Source of the DNA: a virus
Lineage: Duplodnaviria > Caudoviricetes
Virus record (IMG/VR): IMGVR_UViG_3300048833_000443
Span: 1-57,628 of that record
Length of the DNA: 57,628 nt
Strand: one strand, 5' to 3'
Under the pieces are notes generated by a model, which did not search any database, had not been told where the DNA came from, and worked only from the letters and a program-made list of their open reading frames with translations. Of this stretch, positions 55,306 to 57,628 are shown one piece after another. Numbering within the stretch: position 1 is the stretch's first letter; the number at the start of each line of letters is the position of its first letter. The translations under genes were made by a program, and so were the position numbers.

Positions 55306-55614
55306 TTACAACGTGGCGTGGCCACTCTTGACGATGACCCGTCCTCGGGCCACCAGGGACCGTCCGTCGGTCGACGTGCCGGTGATGACGTCGTACTCGC
55401 CTACGCCGTCTGGGAGGTTCCGGCCGATGGACGCCGGCACCGTGACTCGAAGGGTGCCAGGCGCAGGCACGCTGATGCCATCGCCGAGGGTGACCTGCAC
55501 GGTCTGCCCCTCGACGGTGAAGGCGGCGGCGGCGGCGGTGACGCCCTGCGTTGTGGCCTCGAACTCGTGGGTCGAGTCCGCGTTCTTCACGATCACGAAG
55601 GTCGGTGCGATCAT
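55306..55614 (-). CDS. Small beta-sandwich virion protein
   Basis: ATGA overlap with terL; G.GEYDV...VARGRVIV. Confidence 0.6.
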   Translation of the reverse strand: MIAPTFVIVKNADSTHEFEATTQGVTAAAAAFTVEGQTVQVTLGDGISVPAPGTLRVTVPASIGRNLPDGVGEYDVITGTSTDGRSLVARGRVIVKSGHATL

Positions 55615-57179
55615 CGACGTCCTCTCCCTCGTCGGTCTCTCATTGTCGACACGGTGCCGGTGACGACAGACGGTACCATAAGCTTCGTAAGCGCCCACAC
55701 CAGGGCGTCGAGTCGGTCAGGTGAGTCCTCGTTGCCCTCGGGATCCCAGGTCGTAAGCTCCTCCTCGAGATCCTCGAGGCCGTTGCCCACGTGGTGGACC
55801 TTGCCCTGCTGGTAGAGAGCGGCGACGGGCTCGGCGCGCAGCACCTTGCCACGCGTCGCCGTGACGTCTTGGATCGGCGCGTTGGGTCGGATGGTGCGCA
55901 GGTTCGAGATGACGAGGTCACCGCCCTGGTTCTTCTCCACGACGATCCGGTCGGCTCGCCAGTCATCGAACGCCTTGATGACCTGAGTCCCCCACTCCAG
56001 CGGCGTGCCCTTCGTCGTCCGGTCGTCGAGCACGAGCGCGTGTGGCCCGTCCGCCTTGTGGCAGAAGGGGCAGGGACCTCGGGTCTTGGCCACGACGATG
56101 ATGCCGGTCTTGTTGCTACTCGCCTTGGACGACACGGCGGGGTCGACGCCGACCAGCGTCCTCCCCATGACGTCGAACGGCTCCGGCACGAGGTAGTCCT
56201 GCAGTCGGTACTGGTGGATGTCCTGCGCCGTCCAGAGGGCGCCTTCGAAGTCGTCCAGGATCTCGCCGCGCAGCTCCTGGCGCCCGAGGCGGGTCCCCTC
56301 GTAGGCGGTCTTGAGCTCCTGCAGCGCCGCACGTGCCAGGTTCCGTGCGTTCTCGTACATCGAGCCGGTCGTGATGATCACGCCGCCGTTCCGACGCTCC
56401 GCTCGGGCACGGAGGTTGCGGAGGAACTTGAGAGGCTTGGGCGTGGTCGTGATGATCACCTGCGGGTTCTCTCCGAGGCGGAGCCCGAACATCATCATGT
56501 CCCAGGTGTCCTGGAGGTACTCCCACGCGGCGAGCTCGTCCGCCCAGGCTCGGTGGTGCTGCGGGCCACGAAGACGCTCCGGCTTCTCCGCTGAGAAGAT
56601 CTTCATGCGCGAGCCGTTCGTCAGCACCAGCTCGCCGATGGATCGGTTCCAGTCCTCGAGGAGGCTGGCCGGCAGGATCCCGAGGATGCCGGACTCGCCC
56701 TCCACCATGGTGTCACGGCCGTCCGTGAACGTGGGCGCCACCAGCGCGATGCGGCACCCTGGGTTCTCGAGGGCGAACTTGATGACGTCCTCGGCCCCGG
56801 TCCGCGTCTTCCCCCACCCGCGTCCGGCGAGGATCAGCCAGATCTGCCAGTCGCGGTGGCCTCGGGCGTCGAGCCAGTGCGCCCGCACCGGAGCGACGGG
56901 GTCCTCGTCGGGATCGAGCGTCAGGTCGTGCTCCAGCGCGTACGCCTGGGCGGCCTCCTCGTTGGGAAGGGCGACCAGGACCTCATCGAGGAGAGGCTTG
57001 CAAGCCGCGCCGGTCGTGTCGTCACACAGCGCGTGCGGACCGGGCGTCCGCTGCTTGGGCCGGGACTTCAGCAGCCACCGGTACCGCACCTTCGCGGGCA
57101 GGGGCAACGCGGCGACCTGCTCGGCGGTGAGGATCGGCACCCCGTCCTCCCGGATCCGCACGGGAGTCTGGGTCGTCAC
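55611..57179 (-). CDS. terL: Terminase large subunit
   Basis: LAGRGWGKTR, LRGPQ, Walker B WADELA, TTTPK, VGVDPA, VEKNQGG, SPDRLDA. Confidence 0.97.
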   Translation of the reverse strand: MTTQTPVRIREDGVPILTAEQVAALPLPAKVRYRWLLKSRPKQRTPGPHALCDDTTGAACKPLLDEVLVALPNEEAAQAYALEHDLTLDPDEDPVAPVRAHWLDARGHRDWQIWLILAGRGWGKTRTGAEDVIKFALENPGCRIALVAPTFTDGRDTMVEGESGILGILPASLLEDWNRSIGELVLTNGSRMKIFSAEKPERLRGPQHHRAWADELAAWEYLQDTWDMMMFGLRLGENPQVIITTTPKPLKFLRNLRARAERRNGGVIITTGSMYENARNLARAALQELKTAYEGTRLGRQELRGEILDDFEGALWTAQDIHQYRLQDYLVPEPFDVMGRTLVGVDPAVSSKASSNKTGIIVVAKTRGPCPFCHKADGPHALVLDDRTTKGTPLEWGTQVIKAFDDWRADRIVVEKNQGGDLVISNLRTIRPNAPIQDVTATRGKVLRAEPVAALYQQGKVHHVGNGLEDLEEELTTWDPEGNEDSPDRLDALVWALTKLMVPSVVTGTVSTMRDRRGRGRR

Positions 57180-57472
57180 GGCGCGTGGATGTCTTCGACG
57201 CTCCGCCAGACGCCTCGCTCGAGGTACCCGTGGTAGGAGTAGGCGGCGACGGACCCGGGAGCGGCTCCTCGCACGCCCGCCCACCGGATGCTCGGCGTGA
57301 CGGTGACCGTTCCGTCGTCGTGGTGCGTGACTCGGAACGGCGGCTCGGGCAGCGGGAGGGCGAAGGGCGCCCCCGGCGGGCGGACGAGGGTGACGCCGGT
57401 GGCGGGATCGGTGACGTGGGCGGCGTCGGGGCAGGTGAAGCGCAGGCGGGAGTCGTAGCGGAGCTTGGTCAC
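57176..57472 (-). CDS. DUF6527-like protein
   Basis: TVTPSI...YHGYLERGVW; GTGA overlaps at both ends. Confidence 0.6.
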   Translation of the reverse strand: MTKLRYDSRLRFTCPDAAHVTDPATGVTLVRPPGAPFALPLPEPPFRVTHHDDGTVTVTPSIRWAGVRGAAPGSVAAYSYHGYLERGVWRSVEDIHAP

Positions 57473-57628
57473 AGGTCCTCCATGACGAGGTCGAGGCCGA
57501 GGTCGAGGAGGCCTCGAGCCCGGTGCTCGGCGAGGTTGTCGTTGGAGACGCAGATCTCGTAGCTGGTCCGCTCCTCGTCGGCGGGGTTCAGGGAGACGGT
57601 CTCGAACACGCAGATGAAGTCACCGAGG
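57469..57628 (-). CDS. 3' part of the junction-spanning ~88-aa gene
   Basis: Same frame continues from 1-234; TGA at 57471-57469. Confidence 0.7.
   Translation of the reverse strand, partial: LGDFICVFETVSLNPADEERTSYEICVSNDNLAEHRARGLLDLGLDLVMEDL
57502..57628. repeat. Terminal direct repeat, copy 2
   Basis: Identical to 1-127. Confidence 0.95.

Overview
This looks like the complete, circularly assembled genome (57,501 bp unique; bases 1-127 repeat at 57502-57628) of a GC-rich tailed phage. The host is probably an actinobacterium, given WhiB and actinophage-type virion genes. All credible genes are on the minus strand. In reading direction the order is: TerL, an accessory virion/esterase block, portal, scaffold, decoration protein, major capsid, head-tail genes, major tail, frameshifted chaperones, tape measure, minor tails and lysis; then nucleotide metabolism and replication (kinase-UDG fusion, ThyA-like enzyme, dCMP deaminase, PolA, ThyX, RuvC-like, SNF2 helicase, Cas4-like nuclease, AAA ATPase, SSB-like); then a sugar/DNA-modification operon; then many small early genes, WhiB, primase-helicase and TerS. 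I recognised no integrase, so a lytic lifestyle is likely. The standout is a candidate new cytosine hypermodification pathway. It combines a dCMP-type (Asp-specificity) thymidylate synthase homolog, a kinase and a dCTPase/dUTPase with a T4 BGT-like glycosyltransferase, a GT75/RGP (UDP-arabinopyranose-mutase-like) protein, a GDP-mannose 3,5-epimerase and an atypical C5-methyltransferase-fold enzyme with a degenerate SAM motif and a natural Asn-to-Lys change in motif X. Non-coding highlights are two diverged ~97-bp origin-like elements, eight SigA-type promoters, a recurring hairpin + CAGGACGGAAGGA leader, and a 48-nt purine-pyrimidine alternating tract next to terS. All family calls come from motif recognition by eye, not database searches. 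Start codons were re-chosen by RBS or stop-start overlap.
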